Part shown: in pieces, positions 1-9,423 of the stretch | Position numbering within the stretch: position 1 is the first letter of the stretch | Layout of the letters: each line of letters begins with the position of its first letter | Origin: SAR86 cluster bacterium SAR86B | GTDB taxonomy: Bacteria; Pseudomonadota; Gammaproteobacteria; Magnimaribacterales; D2472 | Length of the DNA stretch: 64,000 nt | Assembly (NCBI GenBank): GCA_905182885.1 | Contig: CAJJCW010000002.1 | Coordinates: 212,869-276,868 of the forward strand | Direction: 5' to 3' | The notes under the pieces: model-generated | Database searches by the model: none | The model's input: only the letters and a program-made list of their open reading frames with translations | Told to the model about the DNA's origin: nothing | Position numbers and translations under genes: made by a program

Positions 1-850
1 CAATGTTTGGACTAATATTTTTAATATCTATAATCGTTTTAGTAGCTTTGTTCATAAGAGGTTTCCCCGAAAGCCCTCCAGTAAGTTCTTTATAATTAGA
101 GTTTTGTAGATTATCTTTATTAATTGTTGTATTTGTTGCTATTAGGCCTGAAAAACCAGACTCATCGACAGCTTGAATTATGAACTCTAGAGATTCTCTT
201 GATTCATCAGGAGATATTTTTAAGAATATAGGCTTAACAAAGTTAACTTTTTTTATCTCGCCTTCTATAGCGTTTAATAAGTCTATTAAATTATCTGATT
301 GATGGAGATCTCTTAAATTTGGAGTATTGGGGGATGAAATATTCACTGTAATATAGTCACAAAATTCATGCACTTTTCTAAAGCAACTTAAATAGTCATT
401 AATCCTATCTTGGCCAGTCGACTCTTTGTTGGCTCCTATATTTACTCCAACAACTCCACTGAATTTTCTTTTCTTTAATTTTTGGACTAGGTGGTCAACT
501 CCTTTATTATTAAAACCCAATCTATTAATAATGGCATTTTCATTAAATATTCTAAAGATTCTAGGCTTGGGATTACCTTTTTGAGCTAGAGGGGTTATTG
601 TTCCAACCTCAATAAAGCCAAACCCAAGAGCCCCTAAGGGATCTATAAAATCTCCGTTCTTGTCTAACCCAGCAGCAATGCCAAGCTTATTAGCTAAATC
701 CATTCCAAATAAGGATACCTTTTGGGTTTTAGGTTTTGGAAAGAATAAATGTATTAGATTTAAGAAATACAGAATCTTGAGTGAATTGAGAGCAATTGTA
801 TGAGATAGCTCAGGTGGAAAAACTTTAATTAATTTTAAAAGTATGTTCAA
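1..850 (-). CDS. pyrD: dihydroorotate dehydrogenase (quinone), class 2; partial, C-terminus lies beyond position 1
   Basis: Not in the ORF track. My own minus-strand translation from TTG at 850 reads LNILLKLIKVFPPELSH...GIAAGLDKNGDFIDPLGALGFGFIEVGTITP...GNPKPRIFR...NRLGFNNKG...NISSPNTPNLR...TGGLSGKPL. These are the classic DHODH motifs, and the frame stays open to the window edge. Confidence 0.85.
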   Translation of the reverse strand, partial: MNILLKLIKVFPPELSHTIALNSLKILYFLNLIHLFFPKPKTQKVSLFGMDLANKLGIAAGLDKNGDFIDPLGALGFGFIEVGTITPLAQKGNPKPRIFRIFNENAIINRLGFNNKGVDHLVQKLKKRKFSGVVGVNIGANKESTGQDRINDYLSCFRKVHEFCDYITVNISSPNTPNLRDLHQSDNLIDLLNAIEGEIKKVNFVKPIFLKISPDESRESLEFIIQAVDESGFSGLIATNTTINKDNLQNSNYKELTGGLSGKPLMNKATKTIIDIKNISPNI

Positions 851-861
851 GCAATACCTCT

Positions 862-1488
862 TTAGCTGAAGGGCTTTATGGACTTAGCTATCATAGCAAA
901 AATTAATCCGGAAATAAGCCCTCCTAAATGAGCATAATTTGCCACAGAACCAAAGCCAAATAAATCTAATACGCCCATAAAACCAAGAATCATCCAAGCA
1001 ATCATAAATAAATAAATAGCTGGAGGTAGCTCATATCTATTGTTTTTTACTTCAAGCTCTATAATCATACAATATCCAAGCATTGCATATATCACTCCAG
1101 ATAAGCCTCCAAATATAGATGGATCTGAGAAGTAATATTGGAAGAAATTACTGGTAATTGATGAAACTATAACTAAGCTAAAAAATAAGAAGCTTCCATC
1201 ATATAATTCGATTTTAGAGCCTAGAACGTATACCCATAAACAGTTAAATGCCAAATGAGCAAATGAGAAGTGAACAATCATCGGTGTAATCAACCTCCAC
1301 CATTCATTATTAATAAAGTATGTAGTATCAAAAGTGGCATAGGAAATATAACCTAGGCTAAGTCTTGAGGTATCAATCTTTAAAAAAGTCAGTGGCTCAA
1401 TAATTGAAATGAAGCTTCCAAAATTAGAAAGCAATGCCACTGCGATAGCAATTAAAATTATTGGAAGATGTATGTTTTTAATATTCAA
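862..1488 (-). CDS. rhomboid family intramembrane serine protease
   Basis: 208-aa polytopic membrane ORF. It has HxxxN-like HLAFNCLW, the catalytic-serine motif GGLSGVIYAMLGY and the AHLGGLISG histidine motif. Confidence 0.8.
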   Translation of the reverse strand: MNIKNIHLPIILIAIAVALLSNFGSFISIIEPLTFLKIDTSRLSLGYISYATFDTTYFINNEWWRLITPMIVHFSFAHLAFNCLWVYVLGSKIELYDGSFLFFSLVIVSSITSNFFQYYFSDPSIFGGLSGVIYAMLGYCMIIELEVKNNRYELPPAIYLFMIAWMILGFMGVLDLFGFGSVANYAHLGGLISGLIFAMIAKSIKPFS

Positions 1489-1489
1489 T

Positions 1490-2362
1490 CTACTTGTTAG
1501 TCATAGAGATATCTAGACTCCAGCCAAGCTTCTCTCTGCATGCTTCAAAGAAATCATTATTCTTCGGATGCACAAGCTTCAGAGACTTCTCCATCTTAGA
1601 AATTTTAATAGATTCCATATAAGGTACGGAGATATCTTCTTGACCATCAGCACATATTTTTGCTTCTTTAAAAGGTCCTTTTAGCAACTGAATATCTACT
1701 TTTTCTTTTGAAGAAATAACAAACGGTCTTGATGACATGCTTTGCGGAAGCATTGGTAAAATTGTCCAAACATCCACACTTGGATGAATTATGGGACCGC
1801 CTGCAGAAAGAGCATAAGCAGTTGAGCCGGTTGGAGTTGCAATAATTAATCCATCTGACCTTTGTTCATAGACAACTTTGTTATTAACATTAAGTCTATA
1901 TCTCATTAATTGAGTGTATCCACCTGAATGGATAACGATTTCGTTAAGTCCATATACAATTTTATCTAAGAAAGATGCGCTAACTAAATTTCTTTCTTCA
2001 ATTTCATAATTATTATTGATTAATATATCCTGGATTACTGAGTCAAAATTTTGAGTATTAATATCGGTTAAGAAGCCTACTCTTCCCATGTTAATTCCAA
2101 GTAATGGAATATTAAATTCAAGGTACTTTCTAGTAGAGCTAAGCAGCGTTCCGTCTCCACCAAAAACAATAATTAAATCTATTTTTGACGTAAAGTCACA
2201 ATTAGGCACTCTTTTAATTAATGAGTTTTGGTAGTCAGAGGTCTCATCAATAAATAAATTAGGTGCATGTCTAGCAAGAGTTGCTATTAGAGAGTCCAGG
2301 GCATTGTAATCAATAGCTTGATAGGTTTTCTCTTTGACGAATATTCCAATATTTTTAAACAT
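1490..2362 (-). CDS. nadK: NAD(+) kinase
   Basis: GGDGTLL motif, NEIVIH, and DGLIIATPTGSTAYALSAGGPI. The 290-aa length is typical. Confidence 0.9.
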   Translation of the reverse strand: MFKNIGIFVKEKTYQAIDYNALDSLIATLARHAPNLFIDETSDYQNSLIKRVPNCDFTSKIDLIIVFGGDGTLLSSTRKYLEFNIPLLGINMGRVGFLTDINTQNFDSVIQDILINNNYEIEERNLVSASFLDKIVYGLNEIVIHSGGYTQLMRYRLNVNNKVVYEQRSDGLIIATPTGSTAYALSAGGPIIHPSVDVWTILPMLPQSMSSRPFVISSKEKVDIQLLKGPFKEAKICADGQEDISVPYMESIKISKMEKSLKLVHPKNNDFFEACREKLGWSLDISMTNK

Positions 2363-2492
2363 TCAATAATTATACTCGCTTGGTAATGTTAATTTACATC
2401 TAAAACTTGTCTATTTTTTATCAAGGCTTCTTTCAAAAAAGAAGAATTAAACCCTATAATAGTTTTTGATTAACTAAATATGAGATAAAAAC

Positions 2493-3686
2493 ATGGAACA
2501 ATTAGAAAATTTTAGACAAGAAGTTAAATCTTGGTTAGATGAAAATTGCCCAGCTTCAATGAGAAATGGTGCAGATCCAGCAATACCAACTGATGAAGTA
2601 TGGGGAGGAAGGAAGGCTCAATACAAAAATCCTGAATCTAAAATTTGGTTAGATCGAATGGGTCAAAAAGGATGGACAATGCCAACTGTTGCTAAAGAAT
2701 ATGGTGGTGGTGGTTTATCTAAAGAAGAAGTAAAAATACTTAATGAAGAAATGTGGATGATTGGTGCAAAGGGACCGCTTTTAAGTTTTGGTATATGGAT
2801 GCTTGCTCCTGTCTTATTGGAATATGGAACTGAAGAACAAAAAAAAGAACATCTACCTAAAATTATCAAAGGTGAAATTAGATGGTGTCAGGGTTACTCT
2901 GAGCCTGGATCAGGATCTGATCTTGCAAGTTTAGCCACCAAAGCAGAGGATATAGGAGAGCATTTCTTAGTTAACGGTCAGAAAGTTTGGACATCGTATG
3001 CAGATAAAGCGGATTGGATCTTTGCATTAGTCAGAACGGGTCCTAAAGAGCCAAAGCATGATGGAATTAGCTTTCTATTGATAGACATGGAAACTCAAGG
3101 AGTAAGTACCAAGCCAATTACTTTAATTTCAGGTAAGTCACCTTTTTGTGAAACATTCTTTGACGATGTAAAGGTCACTAAGGCTAACCTTATTGGAGAG
3201 TTAAATGCTGGATGGACTATCGCAAAAGCTTTGCTTCAGCATGAAAGAGAGTTTATTTCTAAATTTGGACTTGCATCAGCAATGGGAAGTGGTGGAAAAG
3301 ATATTGTTAGTCTTGCTAAAAAACATCTTGGTGAAGAGAATGGAAAAATTAGTAATGGGTTTTATCGATCAGAAATTACTGCTCATAAGATCAAGGAACA
3401 TGCTTTTGGCTTAACGCTAAAAAGAGCTGGAGATGAAGGCGGTAAGGCAAGTCCTACGGCTTCAATGTTCAAACTATACGGTACAGAGCATAACAAGATG
3501 CGGCATGAGCTAATGGTAGCTGTTACCGGTATAAATGGAGTTGCTTGGGATGGAGATGAGTTTGATGATGACGAGAAAAATTTAACTAAATCCTGGTTAA
3601 GGACTAAAGGTAACTCATTGGAAGGAGGTACTTCTGAAGTTCAGTTAAATGTTATATCAAAAAGAGTCTTGGGCTTACCTAGCTAG
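2493..3686 (+). CDS. acyl-CoA dehydrogenase family protein (first of an adjacent pair)
   Basis: WCQGYSEPGSGSDLASL motif, C-terminal GGTSEVQLNVISKRVLGLP, 397 aa. Confidence 0.85.
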   Translation: MEQLENFRQEVKSWLDENCPASMRNGADPAIPTDEVWGGRKAQYKNPESKIWLDRMGQKGWTMPTVAKEYGGGGLSKEEVKILNEEMWMIGAKGPLLSFGIWMLAPVLLEYGTEEQKKEHLPKIIKGEIRWCQGYSEPGSGSDLASLATKAEDIGEHFLVNGQKVWTSYADKADWIFALVRTGPKEPKHDGISFLLIDMETQGVSTKPITLISGKSPFCETFFDDVKVTKANLIGELNAGWTIAKALLQHEREFISKFGLASAMGSGGKDIVSLAKKHLGEENGKISNGFYRSEITAHKIKEHAFGLTLKRAGDEGGKASPTASMFKLYGTEHNKMRHELMVAVTGINGVAWDGDEFDDDEKNLTKSWLRTKGNSLEGGTSEVQLNVISKRVLGLPS

Positions 3687-3710
3687 ACGCACTCAAATAA
3701 AGGAAACAAA

Positions 3711-4850
3711 ATGAAATTAATTTTAAATGAAGAACAGCAGTTCTTAAAAGATACTGCTAAGAGCTTCGCTACAGAAAAAACTCCGGTTAATCATTTTAGA
3801 TCACTTCGTGATTCCAATGACCATCTCTTATGGGATAAGGAAATATGGCAAGAAATGGTAAATCTAGGTTGGTCAGGAATACTCATCCCTGAAGAATTTG
3901 GAGGATCCAATTTTGGGGTAGCCGGTATCAGTTCAATAATGCAAGAATGTGGAAAGACATTAACGCCCTCTCCACTATTTGCAACAGCTGTACTTGGTGC
4001 GTTTGCTATAACCCAATTTGGATCACAGGCTCAAAAAGAAGAACTTTTGCCAAAAATTGTTAGTGGAGAGATAACAACAGCTTTAGCAATAGATGAATCA
4101 AGTCATCACAATCCCGCTAAGACAGAATTCTCTGCAACCAGTAAGGATAATGATTATGTATTGAGTGGAAAAAAGATTTTTGTTGTTGACGGATCAAGTG
4201 CAGATATTTTAATAGTTCTTGCAAGAACTTCTGGAAATTCAGGAGAGGAAACAGGGTTAACGTTATTTATTGTCGAGTCTGACGCAGATGGTGTAGACAC
4301 AATTAAATTATCAATGGCTGATTCTAGGAATTATGCAAATATTATATTTAATGATGTGACGGTATCTTCTGAGAGAATTCTTGGATCACCTGAATCAGGA
4401 GGCGAAACTGTTGAAAGTATTTTAGACATTGGAAGAATAGCAATGTCTGCTGAAATGCTCGGAAATGCAGAAGCTGCTTTTGAGTTAACACTAGATTACC
4501 TCAAACAAAGAAAGCAATTTGGGGTATTGATTGGGACATTTCAAGCGCTTCAACATAGAGCTGCTGAGATGTTTTGTGAATTAGAGCTAACTAAGTCATC
4601 TGTTATAGCGGCAATGCACGGCGCTGATGAAAATTCAAACGAACTACAAAGACTGGCCAGTCTTGCAAAAACTATTTCAGGAGAAACATTACATTTAGTT
4701 TCGAATGAGGCTATCCAAATGCATGGCGGAATAGGTGTTACTGATGAATATGACGTTGGTTTTTATTTAAAAAGAGCCAGAGTGGCTGAACAAATTTTTG
4801 GAAGTTCAAAGTTTCATTCAGAAAGATACGCAAATTTAACCGGCTTTTAG
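3711..4850 (+). CDS. acyl-CoA dehydrogenase family protein (second of the pair)
   Basis: FGVLIGTFQALQHRAAEM and IQMHGGIGVTDEYDVGFYLKRAR are ACAD C-terminal domain motifs. It starts 24 nt after the previous ACAD. Confidence 0.8.
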   Translation: MKLILNEEQQFLKDTAKSFATEKTPVNHFRSLRDSNDHLLWDKEIWQEMVNLGWSGILIPEEFGGSNFGVAGISSIMQECGKTLTPSPLFATAVLGAFAITQFGSQAQKEELLPKIVSGEITTALAIDESSHHNPAKTEFSATSKDNDYVLSGKKIFVVDGSSADILIVLARTSGNSGEETGLTLFIVESDADGVDTIKLSMADSRNYANIIFNDVTVSSERILGSPESGGETVESILDIGRIAMSAEMLGNAEAAFELTLDYLKQRKQFGVLIGTFQALQHRAAEMFCELELTKSSVIAAMHGADENSNELQRLASLAKTISGETLHLVSNEAIQMHGGIGVTDEYDVGFYLKRARVAEQIFGSSKFHSERYANLTGF

Positions 4851-4863
4851 AAAACTCATATTA

Positions 4864-5748
4864 ATGAATGCAATTAAATCAAACTTAATAGGCTTAATTA
4901 CATTCACGCTAATTATTTTAGAATTAATTATTGGGTTTGGTACTCTTGCAGTAGTCAATATACCTCGGGCATTTTGGCCTTCACAATCTCTAAAAAAATA
5001 CCTGAGTAGGTTATCCAATAAAATAGGCGATGCAACTGTTTATGGCCTAAAAATTATAATGCGATTAGTTCATGGAAACTCGATTGAGATAATTGATGAT
5101 AATGAATTTGATACAAAAAAGTGGTACCTAGCAATGTCGAACCATCAATCCTTTGCAGACATATTCATAGTACTTGTTGCTGCTAACAATCGTCTGCCCT
5201 TGCTTAAGCTCTTTATGAAGAGAGAGCTATCCTGGATACCATTTGTTTTTCTAGCAAATAAAACTTTGAATATGCCTTTTGTTAACAGGCATTCAAAGGC
5301 TGAGTTAAAGGAAAATCCTGATTTAAGATTTCAAGATTATAAAAATACATTAAAGGCCTGCAAAAGGTTTCAAAGATCGCCTTCTACTATTTTTAGTTAT
5401 GCAGAAGGAACTAGAAATACTAAGGAAAAGCATGATTTACAAAAATCACCTTATAAGAATCTTCTTACTCCAAAGATTGGAGGTATTGCTACAGCCTTAT
5501 CAGCAATTCCCAATATAGATACACTTGTAGACTTCTCATTAATATATAAATCAGAAAAAAGAGGAGCATGGGCATTCCTGAAAGGCGATTTAAAAGAAGT
5601 GAAAGTGATGATAAAACAGTACTCGATTCCAGAAAATCTTAAGAATAAAGATTATTCATTGGATGATGCTTATAGAGAAAACTTTAAAAATTGGATTGAA
5701 GAGATATGGAAAAAGAAAGACTCTGAAATTGAAAGCTTAAAATTCTAG
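4864..5748 (+). CDS. lysophospholipid/glycerolipid acyltransferase family protein (PlsC/YihG-like)
   Basis: N-terminal TM segment, HX4D motif (NHQSFAD) and the YAEGTR block. Confidence 0.7.
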   Translation: MNAIKSNLIGLITFTLIILELIIGFGTLAVVNIPRAFWPSQSLKKYLSRLSNKIGDATVYGLKIIMRLVHGNSIEIIDDNEFDTKKWYLAMSNHQSFADIFIVLVAANNRLPLLKLFMKRELSWIPFVFLANKTLNMPFVNRHSKAELKENPDLRFQDYKNTLKACKRFQRSPSTIFSYAEGTRNTKEKHDLQKSPYKNLLTPKIGGIATALSAIPNIDTLVDFSLIYKSEKRGAWAFLKGDLKEVKVMIKQYSIPENLKNKDYSLDDAYRENFKNWIEEIWKKKDSEIESLKF

Positions 5749-6225
5749 CTCTTTATTGCTAATAACCCACCCGTTTGAGTCAGCGTAAAGCCAGTTTCCT
5801 GGTTTAATCATTACATTGCCAAAAAATAAATCGACTGATCTTGATCCTAGATTATTCTTATCTGTTTTCATGGGTATCGAGGACTTAGCAAAAATACCTA
5901 TCGAGATGCTACTGAGAATTTCAACATCTCTAACAGCGCCGTTAATAAGAATGCCTGACCAATTATTTTCATATGCTCTTAAGGCAATCTGATCACCAAC
6001 CATAGATGCATGCTCAACTCCTTGCGCATCTATAACCAAAACTTTACCCTCTCCATTCTTATTTAAGATTTCTTTAACTAAAGAATTATCATCTGCGCAA
6101 GATATTGTTTCTACTTGTCCTGAAAAACTACTAACTGCTCCGTAAGAATTAAATAAGGTTTTGCCAATCTGAATGTTATTAGGGTAATTATCAGAAAGAT
6201 CGGGAGTTGAGAAGTGCTTGGCCAT
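5737..6225 (-). CDS. rraA: RraA family protein (RNase E regulator / 4-hydroxy-4-methyl-2-oxoglutarate aldolase family)
   Basis: 162 aa. TPDLSD...G...SF.G...T....DDNSLVKE.L...GEGKVLVID matches the RraA fold signature. Confidence 0.8.
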   Translation of the reverse strand: MAKHFSTPDLSDNYPNNIQIGKTLFNSYGAVSSFSGQVETISCADDNSLVKEILNKNGEGKVLVIDAQGVEHASMVGDQIALRAYENNWSGILINGAVRDVEILSSISIGIFAKSSIPMKTDKNNLGSRSVDLFFGNVMIKPGNWLYADSNGWVISNKELEF

Positions 6226-6309
6226 AAGATATCTTAAATCAATAATTTTAATTTTAATAAAAATAATATAGTATTATTTTTAGATATAAATTTATATTCG
6301 GGTTATAAA

Positions 6310-7464
6310 ATGAAATCTCCTATTTGTGAAATGTTTGATATTGAATTTCCATTAGTTGCATTTAGCCACTGCAGGGATGTTGTTGTCGCTGTGTCTAAGG
6401 CTGGTGGAATGGGTGTTCTCGGAGCTGTTGGTCATTCTCCAGAAAAATTAGAAATAGATCTTAAATGGATAGATGAGAATATTAATGGTATGCCGTATGG
6501 GGTAGATGTATTAATACCAAACTCATATAAAGGGAAGGGTCAAAAAAAATCGTTAGATGAATTGAGGGATATGATTCCGCAAGAATATAGAGATTTCAGA
6601 GCAGATGTTCTTAAAGAATATGATGTTAATGGCGAGCATTTAAGGTCTGGTGACGAGTCCGAAAGAACTGAAAAGAATTCAAATGCCATTCTAGGTAAAG
6701 GATTTGAGATAGCTGAAGAAATTCTAAATGTTGCCTTTTCACACCCTATAAAACTAGTTGCTAACGCCCTTGGAGTTCCGCCTGATTGGATGCTAAAAAT
6801 GGGAAAAGATAATGGCGTTGCTGTCGCTGCACTTGTTGGAGCTAAGGAACATGCTATTAAGCAAGTTGAGGCTGGGGTTGATTTAGTTGTTGTGTCTGGA
6901 ACTGAAGGTGGAGGTCATTGCGGAAGTGTTTCAACAATGGTTCTTGTCCCTGAAGTAAGAAGAGCGCTTAAGCCTTATGGAAAAATACCTATTCTTGCAG
7001 CCGGTGGCATTGCAACAGGAGAGCAAATGGCAGGAATAATGGCCATGGGTGCTGATGGTGTTTGGTGTGCTTCTGTTTTCTTAACTACTAGTGAAGCTGA
7101 AACTTCTGAGAATATTAAAGAAAAAATGGTTTCTGCAACATCAAGTCAAACAGTAAGATCAAAAAGTAGAACGGGGAAACACTCCAGGCAACTACAAACT
7201 CCATGGACTGATGCATGGGAAGCCAAAGGTGCTCCAGAACCATTACCAATGCCACTTCAAACGATGGTAAGTGAACCAGCATTAAAAGTTATTAGAGATC
7301 AGGCTGAGATTGGTCACGAAGGTGCTAAAGATTTAGAAACCTACTGGGTCGGCCAAGGTATAGGCTTAGTAAATGAAAGTATCAGTGCCGCTCAAACTGT
7401 TCAAAAATATAAAGAAGAATTTATTGATGCTTATGAAAGCATTAATGCTTTGTTTGAAGAATAG
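6310..7464 (+). CDS. nitronate monooxygenase (NMO / 2-nitropropane dioxygenase-like) family flavoprotein
   Basis: AGGMGVLGA, VVVSGTEGGGH and AAGGIATG motifs of the NMO/FabK-like TIM-barrel family. Confidence 0.75.
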   Translation: MKSPICEMFDIEFPLVAFSHCRDVVVAVSKAGGMGVLGAVGHSPEKLEIDLKWIDENINGMPYGVDVLIPNSYKGKGQKKSLDELRDMIPQEYRDFRADVLKEYDVNGEHLRSGDESERTEKNSNAILGKGFEIAEEILNVAFSHPIKLVANALGVPPDWMLKMGKDNGVAVAALVGAKEHAIKQVEAGVDLVVVSGTEGGGHCGSVSTMVLVPEVRRALKPYGKIPILAAGGIATGEQMAGIMAMGADGVWCASVFLTTSEAETSENIKEKMVSATSSQTVRSKSRTGKHSRQLQTPWTDAWEAKGAPEPLPMPLQTMVSEPALKVIRDQAEIGHEGAKDLETYWVGQGIGLVNESISAAQTVQKYKEEFIDAYESINALFEE

Positions 7465-8721
7465 TTAGCTTCTTGGTATAAATTCTAAAACAGTTGCGTT
7501 AATGCAGTATCTTGGCATTCCATTTGGGCCATCATCGAATACATGACCTAAGTGAATATTTGAAGATGCTGACCTGATTTCAACTCTCCTCATTCCATAA
7601 CGATTATCAGCTAATTCGTATACTGAGCCTTCTATTGGACTTGTAAATGATAACCATCCAGATTTAGAAACAAACCTATCGCTTGTATCAAATAAAGGCG
7701 CCCCGCTTAACTTGTCAATAAAAACTCCATCGGGCGTATTTTTAAAGATTTCATATTCCTTGCAGTATCTTGAATCTGTGCCTTCATTAAAAGCTACATT
7801 GTATGCTTCTGAATTACCCAATTTAAATACGCCAAGGGCTTTATAAAACTCCTTCGGTGTCATATAGCCTTGATTGGCAAAAACCTCTTTACCATTATTT
7901 AAAAAGACAATAGTTGGCGTTGCCCATGTTGGGCTATTGATTGCTAAATCTTTTAGTTGCCTGGCTGTTCTATTAGTTAGGGGAATTGTTCCCTTGTATT
8001 TACTAACTATATCTTTTTCAAATTTTTCACAATATGGACAATATCCCTCAGAGTCTATAACCAAGATGTGCTTTCCTTCTAATAGAGCACTGTTATCAAT
8101 GACCTGCTCCTCACTCTTATTAAAAGCAATGCCAGTTGAGTGATCTGGACAGTAACCATTAGGATTTTTTGCTATATAGTCCTGATGATAGTCTTCAGCT
8201 GGATAAAACTTTTCTAGTGGCCTAATAGCGGTTTGAATTATTCCATAACCCGCTTCAGTTAATAGCGCTTGGTATTCTTTTGCTACTTTTTCAGCAATCA
8301 CTTTCTGTGAATTATTTTTATATAAGATAGTTGATCTGTATTGAGTACCAACATCATTACCTTGACGATTAAGCTGAGTAGGATCATGAGATTCAAAAAA
8401 ATGTTGGAGAATAGATTCAAGACTTAAGTTACTTCTATTAAAATTAACCATCACCACTTCGGCAAAATTATTTTTATTAAATTTGTTTTTAGTTTTAGTT
8501 ATTTCCCTATAACTTGGCTTGATACCAAAGCCATCAGAATATCCCGAAACAGCATTTTCTACGCCATCTATTTGCTCATAACCCTTTTCGGCACCCCAGA
8601 AGCACCCTGAACCAAGAACAATACTATCAAGATGGGATGTAAGAGATTCTTCCTCGGCATGCATTGCAAAAGTTAGAAATAATAATGGTAGAACGAATAG
8701 ATATTTATACATTTTCTTCAT
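7465..8721 (-). CDS. msrAB: secreted trifunctional methionine sulfoxide reductase: MsrA domain, CPYC thioredoxin-fold domain, MsrB domain
   Basis: Signal peptide ends AMHA/EEE. MsrA shows GCFWG (Cys40) and YHQDY. The central domain has C228-P-Y-C231 and a TPT cis-Pro-like loop. MsrB shows GWLSF, HLGHVF and RYCIN (Cys406), and lacks the Zn CxxC pairs, as in PilB-type MsrB. Confidence 0.85.
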   Translation of the reverse strand: MKKMYKYLFVLPLLFLTFAMHAEEESLTSHLDSIVLGSGCFWGAEKGYEQIDGVENAVSGYSDGFGIKPSYREITKTKNKFNKNNFAEVVMVNFNRSNLSLESILQHFFESHDPTQLNRQGNDVGTQYRSTILYKNNSQKVIAEKVAKEYQALLTEAGYGIIQTAIRPLEKFYPAEDYHQDYIAKNPNGYCPDHSTGIAFNKSEEQVIDNSALLEGKHILVIDSEGYCPYCEKFEKDIVSKYKGTIPLTNRTARQLKDLAINSPTWATPTIVFLNNGKEVFANQGYMTPKEFYKALGVFKLGNSEAYNVAFNEGTDSRYCKEYEIFKNTPDGVFIDKLSGAPLFDTSDRFVSKSGWLSFTSPIEGSVYELADNRYGMRRVEIRSASSNIHLGHVFDDGPNGMPRYCINATVLEFIPRS

Positions 8722-9325
8722 ACTTGTATCCTTTACTTTTAATAAAAGCCTCTCTTTTAAATAACATATCAGTCCATCTTTTTATATTAGGTTTGTAAGC
8801 TTGCTCTATTCCCAAAGAACCTGCTAAGTTTATTGCATAGCTAACGCATATATCGGCAATGGTAAATCTATCAGAACAAAGATACTCTCTATCTTCTAAG
8901 GAAGTCTCAAGTAATTTTAATCTAGATACAAACCAACGACTGTAACCTTCTATTGCAGCATCTGCGACTCCTGGCTCTTGAAACTTATAACGCAATACTA
9001 CAGTTTGAGGAAAGGTTAATGTTGCATCTGCATGATGAAGCCAATTTAAATATGCTGGATAGTCAGGCTCATCTGGCATTACCCTAAGATCACTTGGTCC
9101 GTATTTTTCAACTAAATACTGAGTCATTGCAACAGACTCTGTCATCCGAACATCACCATCAATTAAGTAAGGAATAGTTCCTAGCATATTTACATCAAGG
9201 TAATCTTTCATGAAAACTCTAGGAGGAAAAGGCATCATAACTAATTCATAATCAATACCCATTTCTTCAGCGGTCCATATAGGCCGCATCGCTCTAGAGT
9301 TTTCTGTTCCATAGATTTTTATCAT
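8705..9325 (-). CDS. glutathione S-transferase family protein
   Basis: The track ORF runs 8705..9358. I prefer the internal ATG at 9325 (MIKIYG...), which gives a canonical GST N-terminus. It has a thioredoxin-like N-domain and a helical C-domain. Confidence 0.75.
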   Translation of the reverse strand: MIKIYGTENSRAMRPIWTAEEMGIDYELVMMPFPPRVFMKDYLDVNMLGTIPYLIDGDVRMTESVAMTQYLVEKYGPSDLRVMPDEPDYPAYLNWLHHADATLTFPQTVVLRYKFQEPGVADAAIEGYSRWFVSRLKLLETSLEDREYLCSDRFTIADICVSYAINLAGSLGIEQAYKPNIKRWTDMLFKREAFIKSKGYKYEENV

Positions 9326-9365
9326 TTTTTTCTCAAGTACTGAATAACTATAATACAACTTATTT

Positions 9366-9395
9366 ATGGTAATATTAATAAGAATATATTACCAT
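9366..9395. promoter_or_regulatory. perfect 10-bp inverted repeat (ATGGTAATAT-N10-ATATTACCAT) in the divergent GST/carboxylase promoter region; candidate TetR operator
   Basis: Read directly. The arms are at 9366..9375 and 9386..9395, 29 nt upstream of the carboxyltransferase ATG. Confidence 0.35.
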
Positions 9396-9423
9396 TATGA
9401 CATATTTCAAAATTTAATTACCT

